A DNA stretch of 64,000 bases from positions 3,872,001 through 3,936,000 of the forward strand of contig OZ242180.1 of NCBI GenBank assembly GCA_965205485.1. The letters run 5' to 3'. The position numbers were made by a program, and so were the translations under genes. Positions 9,448-19,372 of the stretch are shown here, piece after piece; position 1 is the first letter of the stretch, and every line of letters starts with the position of its first letter. Origin of the DNA: Candidatus Latescibacterota bacterium. Its GTDB lineage: Bacteria; Latescibacterota; UBA2968; GCA-2709665. The notes below the pieces were generated by a model that was not told the DNA's origin, made no database searches, and saw nothing but the letters and a program-made list of their open reading frames with translations.

Positions 9448-12400
9448 ATGGAAACGCGTGATATCGTAATCAGGGGCGCGAGGGTTCACAACCTGAAGGA
9501 TGTGAACCTGAACCTTACCCGAAATCAGCTGATATGCTTCACCGGTGTTTCGGGCTCCGGCAAGTCCTCGCTGGCATTCGATACGATTTTTGCCGAAGGC
9601 CAGCGCCGCTACATCGAGTCCCTTTCCGCGTACGCCCGGCAGTTTCTGGGTCAGATCCGAAAGCCGGATGTGGATCAGATAACGGGTCTGTCGCCAACGG
9701 TATCCATCGAACAGAAGGCAGCCGCGCGGAATCCCAGGTCGACCGTGGGCACGATGACGGAAATCTACGACTACCTTCGCGTCCTGTACGCAAGGGTCGG
9801 AGCGCCGCATTGCGTGTCGTGCGGTACGCCGATCGGCGCACAGACACGCGACGGTATCGTGGACCGGATCATGTCGCTTGGCGCAGGAACGCGAATCCAC
9901 GTCATGGCGCCGATTGTACGCGGAAGAAAAGGCGAGTATCTCGATCTGTTCGACGATCTTAAAAGGGACGGTTACCTCCGCGTCCGTGTCGACGGACGGA
10001 TCGTGCAGCTGACCGAGTCGCAACGGCTCGAACGGCACATCCGGCACGATATAGACCTCGTCGTGGACCGGCTGGTCGTGAGGGAAGATGGACACGGGCG
10101 CACAGGCGAGGCGGTCGATGCGGCACTGGGATACGGCGGCGGCACGTTGATCGTGGGATTCGAGGAGGGTGATGACCTGCTGCTGAGTTCCAGCTTTGCC
10201 TGCACCCGGTGCGGCTTGAGCGCAACCGAGCCCACGCCTCAGCTGTTTTCGTTCAACAATCCGCAGGGGATGTGTCCCACGTGCAAGGGTCTCGGTACTC
10301 AGGTTGCACTGGATCCGGAGCGGTCTGTACCTGACGATTCGCTGTCTGTAATGGAAGGTGCAATCGCGCCGCTCGGAGAGCCGCGAAACCGGTGGAAGAT
10401 ACACTATTACAACGGTGTGCTGGCCCTCCACGGCGTCGACGTCGATACGCCGTGGAGGGGAATCTCCGGGAACGCGCGGGTGGAACTGCTGTACGGAGTG
10501 AAGAAACCCATCACGCTCCACTGGCGGAAGCGTGATGGGAGCGTCTGGACGCATTACGATTCGTTTGAGGGCATCTTTCCGCCCCTGGAACGCAGGTACG
10601 CGGAAGGTGGATCACCGGCCTTGCGGCGAAGGCTGGGACCCTACATGCGCACAGGAAGATGTCCCACGTGCCGGGGGGCGCGGTTGAGGGGCGAAGCCGA
10701 AGCGGTGACAATCGAGGGCGTATCGCTGCCGGCCGCCGCGGCGATGTCGGTTGGGGACGCGTACGCGTTCTTCAGCGGTTTGAATCTGACCTCGACCCGC
10801 CGGATGATCGCGGAAGATGCACTCAAGGAAATCACGGGCCGGCTCAGATTCCTGCTCGACGTTGGTCTGGATTATCTGACGCTGGATCGGACGGCCCCGT
10901 CCCTGTCCGGGGGCGAGGCGCAGCGCATCCGGCTGGCCGGACAGATCGGCAGCGGCCTGGTGGGGGTTACTTACGTGCTGGATGAACCCTCGATCGGGCT
11001 GCACCAGAACGACAACGAGAGGCTGCTGGACGCGCTGTGCGTGTTGCGGGACGCGGGGAATACGATCATTGTCGTGGAACACGACGAGGAAACGATGCGG
11101 AGGGCAGACTGGATCGTGGATTTCGGGCCGGGTCCCGGACACCTGGGAGGGGAGGTGGTCGCTTGCGGGCCCTGGCCCACGATCGCTTTGTCGGAGAAAT
11201 CCAGAACGGGCGCCTACCTTGCCGGGAAAGAATCGATCGCTGTACCCCGCCGCAGGGCGCATACGGGAATGTACCTGTCCGTACACGGCGCCAGGCAGAA
11301 CAACCTCACGGGAATCGACGTTAATTTCCCTCTGGGCGTGTTCAACTGCGTGACCGGGGTTTCCGGTTCAGGAAAAAGCTCGCTCGTAAACGACGTTGTC
11401 TACCGGACGCTGGCGCGTGAATTGAATCGGGCCGAAACCGAACCCGGAGAATTCGACCGGATTGAAGGCATCGATGCGCTGGATAAAGTCATCGAAATCG
11501 ACCAGCAGCCGATCGGGCGCACCCCGCGGAGCAATCCGGCAACATATACTGGCGTGTTCGGCCCCATCAGGGCGTTGTACGCTGAGCTCCCTGAATCCAG
11601 GGTGAGAGGGTACAGGCCGGGACGGTTCAGCTTCAATGTGAAAGGCGGGCGGTGCGAGGCCTGCGACGGAAATGGCGCAAATGTCGTTGAAATGGACTTT
11701 CTGGCCGACGTCTGGGTGCCTTGCGACATCTGCGACGGCAGGCGTTTCAATAGAGAAACGCTGGACGTTCGGTACAGGGACGCGTCCATTGCGGATGTGC
11801 TGGAGATGGAGGTAAAGCGGGCATGCGCCTTCTTTGCCGCCGTACCGCAGATCCATCGCATACTCGAGGTGCTGGTCGAGGTGGGGATGGGGTACGTGAA
11901 ACTCGGGCAGCCGGCGCCAACGTTGTCCGGCGGAGAAGCACAGAGGATCAAGCTGGCTAAAGAGTTGTGCCGCAAACAGACAGGGTCTACGCTTTATATC
12001 TTGGATGAACCCACGACGGGGCTGCATTTTGCAGACATACAGAATCTGCTGAGAGTGCTTCACCGGCTCGTGGATCTGGGAAACACGGTGGTGGTCATCG
12101 AGCACAACATGGATGTCGTGAAGACCGCGGACTGGGTGATCGACCTCGGGCCCGGCGGTGGGGAAGCCGGCGGGCGTGTGGTTGCGCAGGGGACCCCGGA
12201 ACACGTGGGGCGCTCCGGACGCTCCTTAACGGCTCGTCCCTTGCGTTCCGCGTTGGCGAACGGACGCGGCCCGGTGACAGCCGGCAGGGAACATCGCCGT
12301 CGGGATGAAGCCGGGGGACCCGTTCGGGAGATCCAGGTTTCCGGCGCTCGGGAGAACAACCTGCGTAACGTGGATGTGCGGATTCCTCGGGAGAGATTGA

Positions 12401-15147
12401 CCGTGGTATCGGGTGTGTCAGGTTCGGGTAAGTCTTCCCTGGCGCTGGATACGGTTTTCGCCGAGGGCCAGAGGCGATATGTGGAATCGCTATCCGCATA
12501 CGCGCGGCAGTTTCTGGGCCAGCTTCCCAAACCGAAGGTCGAGCGCGTTTTCGGGCTGTCGCCGGCGATCGCCATCGAGCAGAAAGCCGCCAGCAGGAAC
12601 CCGCGCTCTACGGTGGGGACGGTTACCGAAGTGTACGACTACCTGAGGGCACTCTTTGCACTGGTGGGAGAGGTCTATTGTCCTGACTGCGGCATGCGGG
12701 CGGGGGCGCTCGCGGTTCGGGAAATCGTCGACCGGATCCTGGAAATGCCATCGGGGAGAAGGGTATATCTGCTCAGCCCCCAACGGCCGGGCAAGGGAGA
12801 AGACTATAGCGGGTTGATTTCCAGGGGCGCGCGGGCCGGATACCTGCGGGGCCGGCTGGACGGGGACGTGTTCGACCTGAATGCCGCGCCCGAAATCGAC
12901 CACCGGCAGTCGCACAGGCTGGAAATCCTGGTGGATCGCGTCACGCTCCGGGCAGGCGTGCGGAAGCGCATCGCGGATTCCATCGAGAAGGCGCTGGTGT
13001 TGTCCGGCGGCGTCGTCATCGCGGCGTCACCCGACGACGACCTGGAAACCAGATTCAGCCAGGTTCTGTCCTGCCCGTCGTGCGGGAGAAGCTTCGAAGA
13101 GGTCGCCCCGCAGCATCTTTCGTTCAACAGCCCTGACGGCTGGTGTGCCTCTTGCGATGGCCTGGGAACCCAGAGGGGGATGGGTAAGCGCACGCTGATT
13201 CCCGATCCGCAACGGTCCTTGTCCTGCGGGGCGGTTCCGGTTCTCGGTGACCTGAAGGACGGTCCATTGGCGGCGTTGATTCAGTCCCTTGGCGAAGTGG
13301 CGGGATTCGACCTGGAAACTCCGGTCGCGCGAATGTCACGGACCGCGCAGGAGGCGCTGCTCTACGGAACCGGTGAAGGATGGATTCGGGGCGCGGACGG
13401 CTTGCGATTCCAGTACAAGGGTCTGTTCAGTTCGCTGGAGGAGCTGGCGAGGCTTTCCCCCCGGTTTCGCGAAAAGATGGGCGATCTGATTGAAGACGTG
13501 CCGTGCCGTGCGTGCAAAGGCGCGCGCCTCAAGCCGGAAAGTGCCGCCGTTCGCCTGCGCGGTACAACGCTCTGTGAACTGGTTGACCTGCCGATAGGCG
13601 CGTCGAGGCGCTGGCTTATGGACCTGGAACTGACCGGGCGAGAGCTCGATGCCGTTGGCGAAGTCCTCCAGGAAATACGCGTCCGGATGCGGTTCCTGGA
13701 CGAAGTCGGCCTGGGTTACCTTTCGCTGTCACGACGGGCGCCCACGTTGTCGGGCGGCGAAGCGCAGCGAATCCGTCTCGCCAGCCAGATTGGCTCGGGA
13801 CTGACCGGCGTCCTGTACGTGCTGGACGAGCCTACCATCGGACTTCATCAGCGGGACAATCGAAGGTTGCTTGCCGCCCTTCGCCAGCTGCGGGACCTCG
13901 GCAATACCCTCCTGGTTGTCGAGCACGATCGTGAGACGCTGGAAACCGCGGATCACATTGTGGATTTCGGACCCGGCGCCGGGGCTCACGGGGGAATGCT
14001 GGTGGCGGAGGGGCCTCCCAGACGCCTGAGTGCCGAGAACGGATCACTGACTGCGGAATACCTGGCGGGCGGGCTGGTCATCGAACGGCCGCCCCGGCGG
14101 ACGGCCCTCGAGGGGTGTCTCGAGGTGGTGGGCGCACGGCACAACAATCTGAAGGACCTGTCCGTGAAGTTTCCGCTTGGTTTGCTGATCGGCGTCACGG
14201 GTGTGTCGGGGTCGGGGAAGTCCTCGCTGGTCAACGACGTCCTCTACGGGGCGCTTGCCTCGACGGCCAACCACGTCCCGCGGTCCCCGGCCGATCACGA
14301 CGACGTCCGGGGAATGGAGTGCGTCGACAAGGTAATCAACATCGACCAGTCACCCATCGGTTTTTCGCCGCGCAGCAACCCGGCGACCTACGTGAAGGTG
14401 TTCGACAAGGTTCGAACGCTCTACGCGCAATTGCCTGATGCGCGCATACGAGGGTTTTCTCCGGGGCACTTCAGCTTCAATCACCGGAAGGGCCGCTGCG
14501 AGGCCTGCAAGGGGCTGGGTTCACGGTGTATCGAGATGCATTTTCTGCCCGATGTCTGGGTGACCTGCGAGGATTGCAACGGGAAGCGGTATAACCGGGA
14601 TGTGGTTGAGGTTCTGTACAAGGGCCGGTCGGTTGCCGACGTGCTGGACATGACGGTCGATCATGCGCTGCGGCAGTTCGAGAACGTACCCGGAATCTGC
14701 CGGACCCTCGAGACACTGGTTGACGTGGGATTGGGGTACATCAAGATGGGGCAGGCGTCCACCACCCTGTCGGGAGGGGAAGCGCAAAGGGTAAAACTCG
14801 CCAGGGAACTCGCCCGGCCGAACACGGGCAGGACCGTATACCTGCTGGACGAGCCAACCACCGGATTGCACGTTGCCGACGTTGCGAGGCTGCTCGATGT
14901 GTTGAATCGACTCGTAGACGCGGGCAATACGGTCATCGTGATCGAACACAATCTGGATGTCATCAGGACCGCGGACTGGATTATAGACCTCGGACCGGAG
15001 GGCGGAGATGAGGGCGGGTACCTGGTTGCGGACGGCACGCCGGAGGAGGTCGCCCGGGTCGATGCATCGCATACGGGCCGGTTCCTGCGAGAGGCGCTTG
15101 CCCGAGGCAACGGCAGGTTGCAGGAATCGCACGACGTTCACGTCTGA
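9448..15147 (+). CDS. uvrA: Excinuclease ABC subunit A, tandem-duplicated (two complete UvrA units, 1899 aa)
   Basis: Four GVSGSGKS Walker A motifs, four LSGGEAQR signatures, two AEGQRRY motifs and duplicated Zn fingers. Confidence 0.97.
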   Translation: METRDIVIRGARVHNLKDVNLNLTRNQLICFTGVSGSGKSSLAFDTIFAEGQRRYIESLSAYARQFLGQIRKPDVDQITGLSPTVSIEQKAAARNPRSTVGTMTEIYDYLRVLYARVGAPHCVSCGTPIGAQTRDGIVDRIMSLGAGTRIHVMAPIVRGRKGEYLDLFDDLKRDGYLRVRVDGRIVQLTESQRLERHIRHDIDLVVDRLVVREDGHGRTGEAVDAALGYGGGTLIVGFEEGDDLLLSSSFACTRCGLSATEPTPQLFSFNNPQGMCPTCKGLGTQVALDPERSVPDDSLSVMEGAIAPLGEPRNRWKIHYYNGVLALHGVDVDTPWRGISGNARVELLYGVKKPITLHWRKRDGSVWTHYDSFEGIFPPLERRYAEGGSPALRRRLGPYMRTGRCPTCRGARLRGEAEAVTIEGVSLPAAAAMSVGDAYAFFSGLNLTSTRRMIAEDALKEITGRLRFLLDVGLDYLTLDRTAPSLSGGEAQRIRLAGQIGSGLVGVTYVLDEPSIGLHQNDNERLLDALCVLRDAGNTIIVVEHDEETMRRADWIVDFGPGPGHLGGEVVACGPWPTIALSEKSRTGAYLAGKESIAVPRRRAHTGMYLSVHGARQNNLTGIDVNFPLGVFNCVTGVSGSGKSSLVNDVVYRTLARELNRAETEPGEFDRIEGIDALDKVIEIDQQPIGRTPRSNPATYTGVFGPIRALYAELPESRVRGYRPGRFSFNVKGGRCEACDGNGANVVEMDFLADVWVPCDICDGRRFNRETLDVRYRDASIADVLEMEVKRACAFFAAVPQIHRILEVLVEVGMGYVKLGQPAPTLSGGEAQRIKLAKELCRKQTGSTLYILDEPTTGLHFADIQNLLRVLHRLVDLGNTVVVIEHNMDVVKTADWVIDLGPGGGEAGGRVVAQGTPEHVGRSGRSLTARPLRSALANGRGPVTAGREHRRRDEAGGPVREIQVSGARENNLRNVDVRIPRERLTVVSGVSGSGKSSLALDTVFAEGQRRYVESLSAYARQFLGQLPKPKVERVFGLSPAIAIEQKAASRNPRSTVGTVTEVYDYLRALFALVGEVYCPDCGMRAGALAVREIVDRILEMPSGRRVYLLSPQRPGKGEDYSGLISRGARAGYLRGRLDGDVFDLNAAPEIDHRQSHRLEILVDRVTLRAGVRKRIADSIEKALVLSGGVVIAASPDDDLETRFSQVLSCPSCGRSFEEVAPQHLSFNSPDGWCASCDGLGTQRGMGKRTLIPDPQRSLSCGAVPVLGDLKDGPLAALIQSLGEVAGFDLETPVARMSRTAQEALLYGTGEGWIRGADGLRFQYKGLFSSLEELARLSPRFREKMGDLIEDVPCRACKGARLKPESAAVRLRGTTLCELVDLPIGASRRWLMDLELTGRELDAVGEVLQEIRVRMRFLDEVGLGYLSLSRRAPTLSGGEAQRIRLASQIGSGLTGVLYVLDEPTIGLHQRDNRRLLAALRQLRDLGNTLLVVEHDRETLETADHIVDFGPGAGAHGGMLVAEGPPRRLSAENGSLTAEYLAGGLVIERPPRRTALEGCLEVVGARHNNLKDLSVKFPLGLLIGVTGVSGSGKSSLVNDVLYGALASTANHVPRSPADHDDVRGMECVDKVINIDQSPIGFSPRSNPATYVKVFDKVRTLYAQLPDARIRGFSPGHFSFNHRKGRCEACKGLGSRCIEMHFLPDVWVTCEDCNGKRYNRDVVEVLYKGRSVADVLDMTVDHALRQFENVPGICRTLETLVDVGLGYIKMGQASTTLSGGEAQRVKLARELARPNTGRTVYLLDEPTTGLHVADVARLLDVLNRLVDAGNTVIVIEHNLDVIRTADWIIDLGPEGGDEGGYLVADGTPEEVARVDASHTGRFLREALARGNGRLQESHDVHV

Positions 15148-15242
15148 TGTGCACTGCCGCTCCGGTTCGTGCGAAACGTGCATCCGTACCGGGTGTAAGA
15201 TAGCGCCGGCACCGGTGTTTCACGTTAGCCGAACGGGGGAAT

Positions 15243-16307
15243 GTGATGATAGTCGCGACACGGAATTCGTCTGAAGAGTCCAGGGACGCGGCCGATTTCG
15301 TAGGAGACGGCCACGGTGACCAGGAGGAAATCCACGCGGCGATTCGAGCGCTTCCGCCGGCGGGCGGCACGGTCGTCCTGAAGGAGGGCGTCTACGACAT
15401 CCGCAAGGAGGAGGGTACGCTCGGCGGGTTGATTATCGACCGGAGCAACGTGACGCTGGCGGGGCAGGGCGCCGCAACGCGGCTGGTTCTTGCGCCGGGG
15501 CAGAATACGAACGTGATCCGCATTATCGGGAACGGTGTGGGAAACATCACGATACGGGATCTCTGGGTGGACCAGAATCGGGATCAGAATCCGTACGACG
15601 GCGCCGAGTTCGGGAATATCTCCCACGGACGGTTCGAATACAACGGCATCAAGGCATTCTGCGCGGAGCCCGGCGGGTCCTGTCCGAAGCCAACGCACAA
15701 CGTAACCATAAGGAATTGTACGGTTCTGAATTCCCAGCGACTGGGCATTATGCTGCAGGGCCCCAATATGAGGGTCATCAACAACCGCCTGGGCAACGCG
15801 AATTCAGATGCGGTGGAACTGCTGGGAGGGCCGGGATTCGTGACGGGCAATTTCGTCGAGATTACCGGCCGTACCCACGTCGCCGTGGGATCGGATGCCG
15901 GAGACTCGATCATTATGGCGAACAACCAGGTATTCGTGCGGGATGAAGGCGACCTGGACATCGCCTTCCGGTCCTGGGCCGATTCCGTGGGCCATGTGAT
16001 TTCCGGCAATATAGTGACGGTTGACGCCGGGGGGCGTCTGGCGCTGGCCATGGACGTGCGTGGCTTCAACACGTCCGTTTCGGGAAACGTGATCCGGGGG
16101 CCTGGCCCGACACAGCGTTTGCCTCTCTGGCTCACTGGCGCTGGCATGTCGGTTACCGGAAATCACTTCCGCAACGTCGACCTGATCGTCAACGACCGGA
16201 CCGGTACGAACCGGCCGATTCTCATCCATGGGAACGCAATGGAGGAATCGGAGGTCGTGCGGGAGACCGGCAACCTGGTTCGTCCGGACGGAGAATCGAC
16301 TCAATGA
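15243..16307 (+). CDS. Right-handed parallel beta-helix protein (pectin-lyase-like), no signal peptide
   Basis: ADFVGDG.GDQEEI.AAI.ALP..GG.VVL.EG.Y N-terminus, followed by repeated I.NN/V.GN stacks. Confidence 0.8.
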   Translation: MMIVATRNSSEESRDAADFVGDGHGDQEEIHAAIRALPPAGGTVVLKEGVYDIRKEEGTLGGLIIDRSNVTLAGQGAATRLVLAPGQNTNVIRIIGNGVGNITIRDLWVDQNRDQNPYDGAEFGNISHGRFEYNGIKAFCAEPGGSCPKPTHNVTIRNCTVLNSQRLGIMLQGPNMRVINNRLGNANSDAVELLGGPGFVTGNFVEITGRTHVAVGSDAGDSIIMANNQVFVRDEGDLDIAFRSWADSVGHVISGNIVTVDAGGRLALAMDVRGFNTSVSGNVIRGPGPTQRLPLWLTGAGMSVTGNHFRNVDLIVNDRTGTNRPILIHGNAMEESEVVRETGNLVRPDGESTQ

Positions 16308-16948
16308 ATCCGGAAATCCCAAAACGGGCTCTTTTCAATTTTGCGTGGCAGTGTCCGTATCGCAGTGTGCCGCCGGACATCGACGGAGACCTTCAGGATT
16401 GGGACGGAAGATTCCGGTTGCCGGACCTTATGGTATTGGACGGTCGAGAGGCCTTTGCAGACGTGTACGCCGCATGGAGCGAGCGGGGTCTCTATTTCGC
16501 CGTTAACGTCAAGAAAGCGGCTGGCGCCAACGTGGACCGCCGGCGGCCGCTACAGGGCGATGGCATGCAGATCTGGCTGGATACGCGGAATGTCCGGAAC
16601 GTACACCGTGCGAGCCGGTTTTGCCACCATTTCTATTTCCTGCCCGCCGTTGGACGGGCGAAGCCGAGGGGCGGACAGACGCGGATCCGTCGGGCGCGCG
16701 CGCAATCACGCATGTGCGAGTCCTCCGAGTTGCCGGTCGCCTGCGACACATCCGGAACCGGGTATCGGCTGGAGGTCCATCTGGCGGCGAAGACGCTGAC
16801 GGGGTTCGATCCCGATGAAAACCGTCTTTTGGGATTTACCTATCTGCTTCAGGATCGGAGGCAGGGCCGTCAGTGGTGGACCGCCGACGAGCCGCTTCCC
16901 GTTTCGTACGACCCAAGCCTGTGGGGCACAATCGAACTTGTGAAGTGA
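16304..16948 (+). CDS. CBM9/DOMON-like domain protein
   Basis: IDGDLQDW, YAAWSERGLYFAV, DGMQIWLDTR, GYRLEV and PSLWGTIEL motifs. ATGA-coupled to the upstream gene. Confidence 0.75.
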   Translation: MNPEIPKRALFNFAWQCPYRSVPPDIDGDLQDWDGRFRLPDLMVLDGREAFADVYAAWSERGLYFAVNVKKAAGANVDRRRPLQGDGMQIWLDTRNVRNVHRASRFCHHFYFLPAVGRAKPRGGQTRIRRARAQSRMCESSELPVACDTSGTGYRLEVHLAAKTLTGFDPDENRLLGFTYLLQDRRQGRQWWTADEPLPVSYDPSLWGTIELVK

Positions 16949-17119
16949 TTCCGCGCGTGTGAACTCTGATGCGCCGGCGCCGTCTCGAAAGTCGACGTTC
17001 GAACGAACGGCGTCGACTGTCGATTCGCGGCATTGAGGTCTGCGGTATCCGGATGCTCTCGGCAATGGTGGCAACCGGTAAACGTACCACGGGATTCAAT
17101 GCACGAGGGCGTGAATTCC

Positions 17120-19348
17120 ATGAATTCGCGGCGAGATGCACAGAACGAAGAAATCGACGATCGCGTCCGCGCGGTGTTGAACCACGGCGAAACACCCTTG
17201 CTGCAGGCGCGCTCGGACATGGACGTCCGGGGCGACTACGGCAGCCAGTGGGTGGTGGTGACAAGGGAACGGGTCCTCGTGTTCCGCGAGGACAGTATGC
17301 GGGACCTGGTCGATATTCCGCTCCAGGACGTGTTGTTCGCCCGCACGGAACCGCTGGTGGGCGCCGCGCAGCTGGTGATCGAACGCAGGGCCCTGCCGAC
17401 TGTGCGCGTGCTTCATTCCCAGACGCAGGCCGGCGATTTTTCAGAGCTGGCCCGCCGGGTCGAACGGCTTCGGACTTCACAGCCGCTGTTGGCGGAGATG
17501 GTCCCGGAGCGGACGCGGTGCGAGTCCTGCGGCCGGCTTCTGCCCGAGAAGAACGGGATCTGTCCCGCGTGCCTCAGGAAGATGGATGTGCTGGCTCGAA
17601 TCGCAAGATACCTGAGGCCCTACAGGTCGCGGGCTGCGCTGCTCGCGCTGGCAACCATTCTGACAACCTGCGCCGAGTTGATTCCTCCTCAGATAACCCG
17701 GCTGATCGTCGACGACGTTCTGGCGCCCCGCCAGACATCCGCCGTTGACGAAAGGCTGGGACTCCTGATTCAACTGGTACTTGCCCTTGTGGGGGTGCGA
17801 TTGGTTACCTGGTCGGCTGAATGGCTTCACGGGTGGACGGCGACCTGGCTGAGCGCGAGGGTGACGGCGGATATTCGAAGCCAGCTGTATCGACGCCTCG
17901 AAATGCTGTCGCTTCAGTTTTACGACAAGCGTCAAGTCGGCGCTCTGATGTCGCGCGTTACGAGGGATACAGAGAGATTGCAGCACTTCCTGGTCGACGG
18001 ATTGCCCTATCTCATCACAAACAGCCTGATGTTTCTGGGCATTATGGCCGCCCTGCTGCTGATGAACTGGCGCCTTACGCTCCTTGTGCTGGTTCCCATG
18101 CCGCTTGTCGTGGCCGGAACAGCCGTCTGCTGGAAGCGGATGCGCACCAATTATGCCAGGTGGCACAGATGCTGGTCGGCATTGATCGCACGCGTGAACG
18201 AAGCCATTGCAGGCATTCGGATCGTGAAGGCTTTTACCCAGGAGAAACGCGAGATCGAAGTATTCGAGCGGCGCAACCGTGATCTCACGTTGAGGGCCGT
18301 ACGGGCGGAAACAAGCTGGGCGGTCTTCTGGACGACAACGAATTTTCTGAGTGGCCTTGGCGTGCTGATCGTCTGGTTTTTCGGGGGACAGAAGGTGCTG
18401 GGCGGGGAGATGACGCTGGGCACGCTGATGGCGTTCTACAACTATATGTGGCTCCTTTACGGCCCCCTGCAGTGGTTCGGCATGGTGAGCAACTGGATGT
18501 CACGCGCGCTGACCGGGGCCGAGCGCATCTTCGAAGTCATCGACACGCCGCCCGAAGCGTACGACGACCCCGGCGCTACCGGCTTGCCTGCAATGGAAGG
18601 TCGAGTTCGGTTCAGGGACGTGACGTTTGGCTACGACAAATCCAACCCCGTGCTGCGGGAAATCGACCTCGATGTCGAGCCGGGAGAGATGATCGGTCTT
18701 GTGGGCAAGTCGGGTGTCGGCAAGACGACGCTCGTCAACCTGATATGCAGATTCTACGACGTGGACGCCGGAGGAATCGAGATCGACGGCATGGATTTAC
18801 GGACTATCCGGCTGGAGGACTTGCGCGCTCAGATCGGCATCGTCCTTCAGGAACCGGTTTTGTTCAGCGGTACCATTGCGGAGAATATCGGGTACGGCAG
18901 ACCGGGCGCCGGTCTCGATGAGATCATGGAAGCGGCGAAGGCGGCCAATGCGCACGGCTTTATCGTATCCAGGCCCGATGGGTATGATTCCGACGTGGGC
19001 GAGCGCGGCGGGAATCTGTCGGGAGGCGAAAAACAGCGAGTTTCGCTTGCGCGGGCAATCCTCCACGATCCGAGGATTCTGATTCTGGACGAAGCGACGT
19101 CCAGCGTCGACGTTCAGACGGAGGTCCAGATTCAGGAGGCGGTTTCTCGCCTGGTCCGCGGTCGGACGACGTTCGCGATCGCGCACAGACTGTCCACGCT
19201 CAGGAACGCGGACCGGCTGGTCGTCCTGGATGCAGGGAGGATCGTTGAGGCCGGAACCCACGGTGAGTTGTTGTCGAAGGAGGGCGTATTCTACAATCTG
19301 GTGCGCATGCAGCAGGAAGTTTCAGAGATTATCGCCGTAAGGGCGTAG
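17120..19348 (+). CDS. ABC exporter (TMD+NBD fusion) with an N-terminal extension carrying CxxC-x10-CxxC
   Basis: GKSGVGKT, LSGGEKQR, ILILDEATS and AHRL motifs; RCESCGRLLPEKNGICPAC. Start uncertain (17099 or 17120). Confidence 0.93.
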   Translation: MNSRRDAQNEEIDDRVRAVLNHGETPLLQARSDMDVRGDYGSQWVVVTRERVLVFREDSMRDLVDIPLQDVLFARTEPLVGAAQLVIERRALPTVRVLHSQTQAGDFSELARRVERLRTSQPLLAEMVPERTRCESCGRLLPEKNGICPACLRKMDVLARIARYLRPYRSRAALLALATILTTCAELIPPQITRLIVDDVLAPRQTSAVDERLGLLIQLVLALVGVRLVTWSAEWLHGWTATWLSARVTADIRSQLYRRLEMLSLQFYDKRQVGALMSRVTRDTERLQHFLVDGLPYLITNSLMFLGIMAALLLMNWRLTLLVLVPMPLVVAGTAVCWKRMRTNYARWHRCWSALIARVNEAIAGIRIVKAFTQEKREIEVFERRNRDLTLRAVRAETSWAVFWTTTNFLSGLGVLIVWFFGGQKVLGGEMTLGTLMAFYNYMWLLYGPLQWFGMVSNWMSRALTGAERIFEVIDTPPEAYDDPGATGLPAMEGRVRFRDVTFGYDKSNPVLREIDLDVEPGEMIGLVGKSGVGKTTLVNLICRFYDVDAGGIEIDGMDLRTIRLEDLRAQIGIVLQEPVLFSGTIAENIGYGRPGAGLDEIMEAAKAANAHGFIVSRPDGYDSDVGERGGNLSGGEKQRVSLARAILHDPRILILDEATSSVDVQTEVQIQEAVSRLVRGRTTFAIAHRLSTLRNADRLVVLDAGRIVEAGTHGELLSKEGVFYNLVRMQQEVSEIIAVRA

Positions 19349-19372
19349 TCGGGCCCGGACGGTCCCGGCGGC

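Noticed and set aside
16990..17020. AGTCGACG...CGTCGACT hairpin upstream of the first ABC gene
   Set aside because: Short stem built from a self-palindromic GTCGAC, no U-tract and no second copy; no support for an RNA element.
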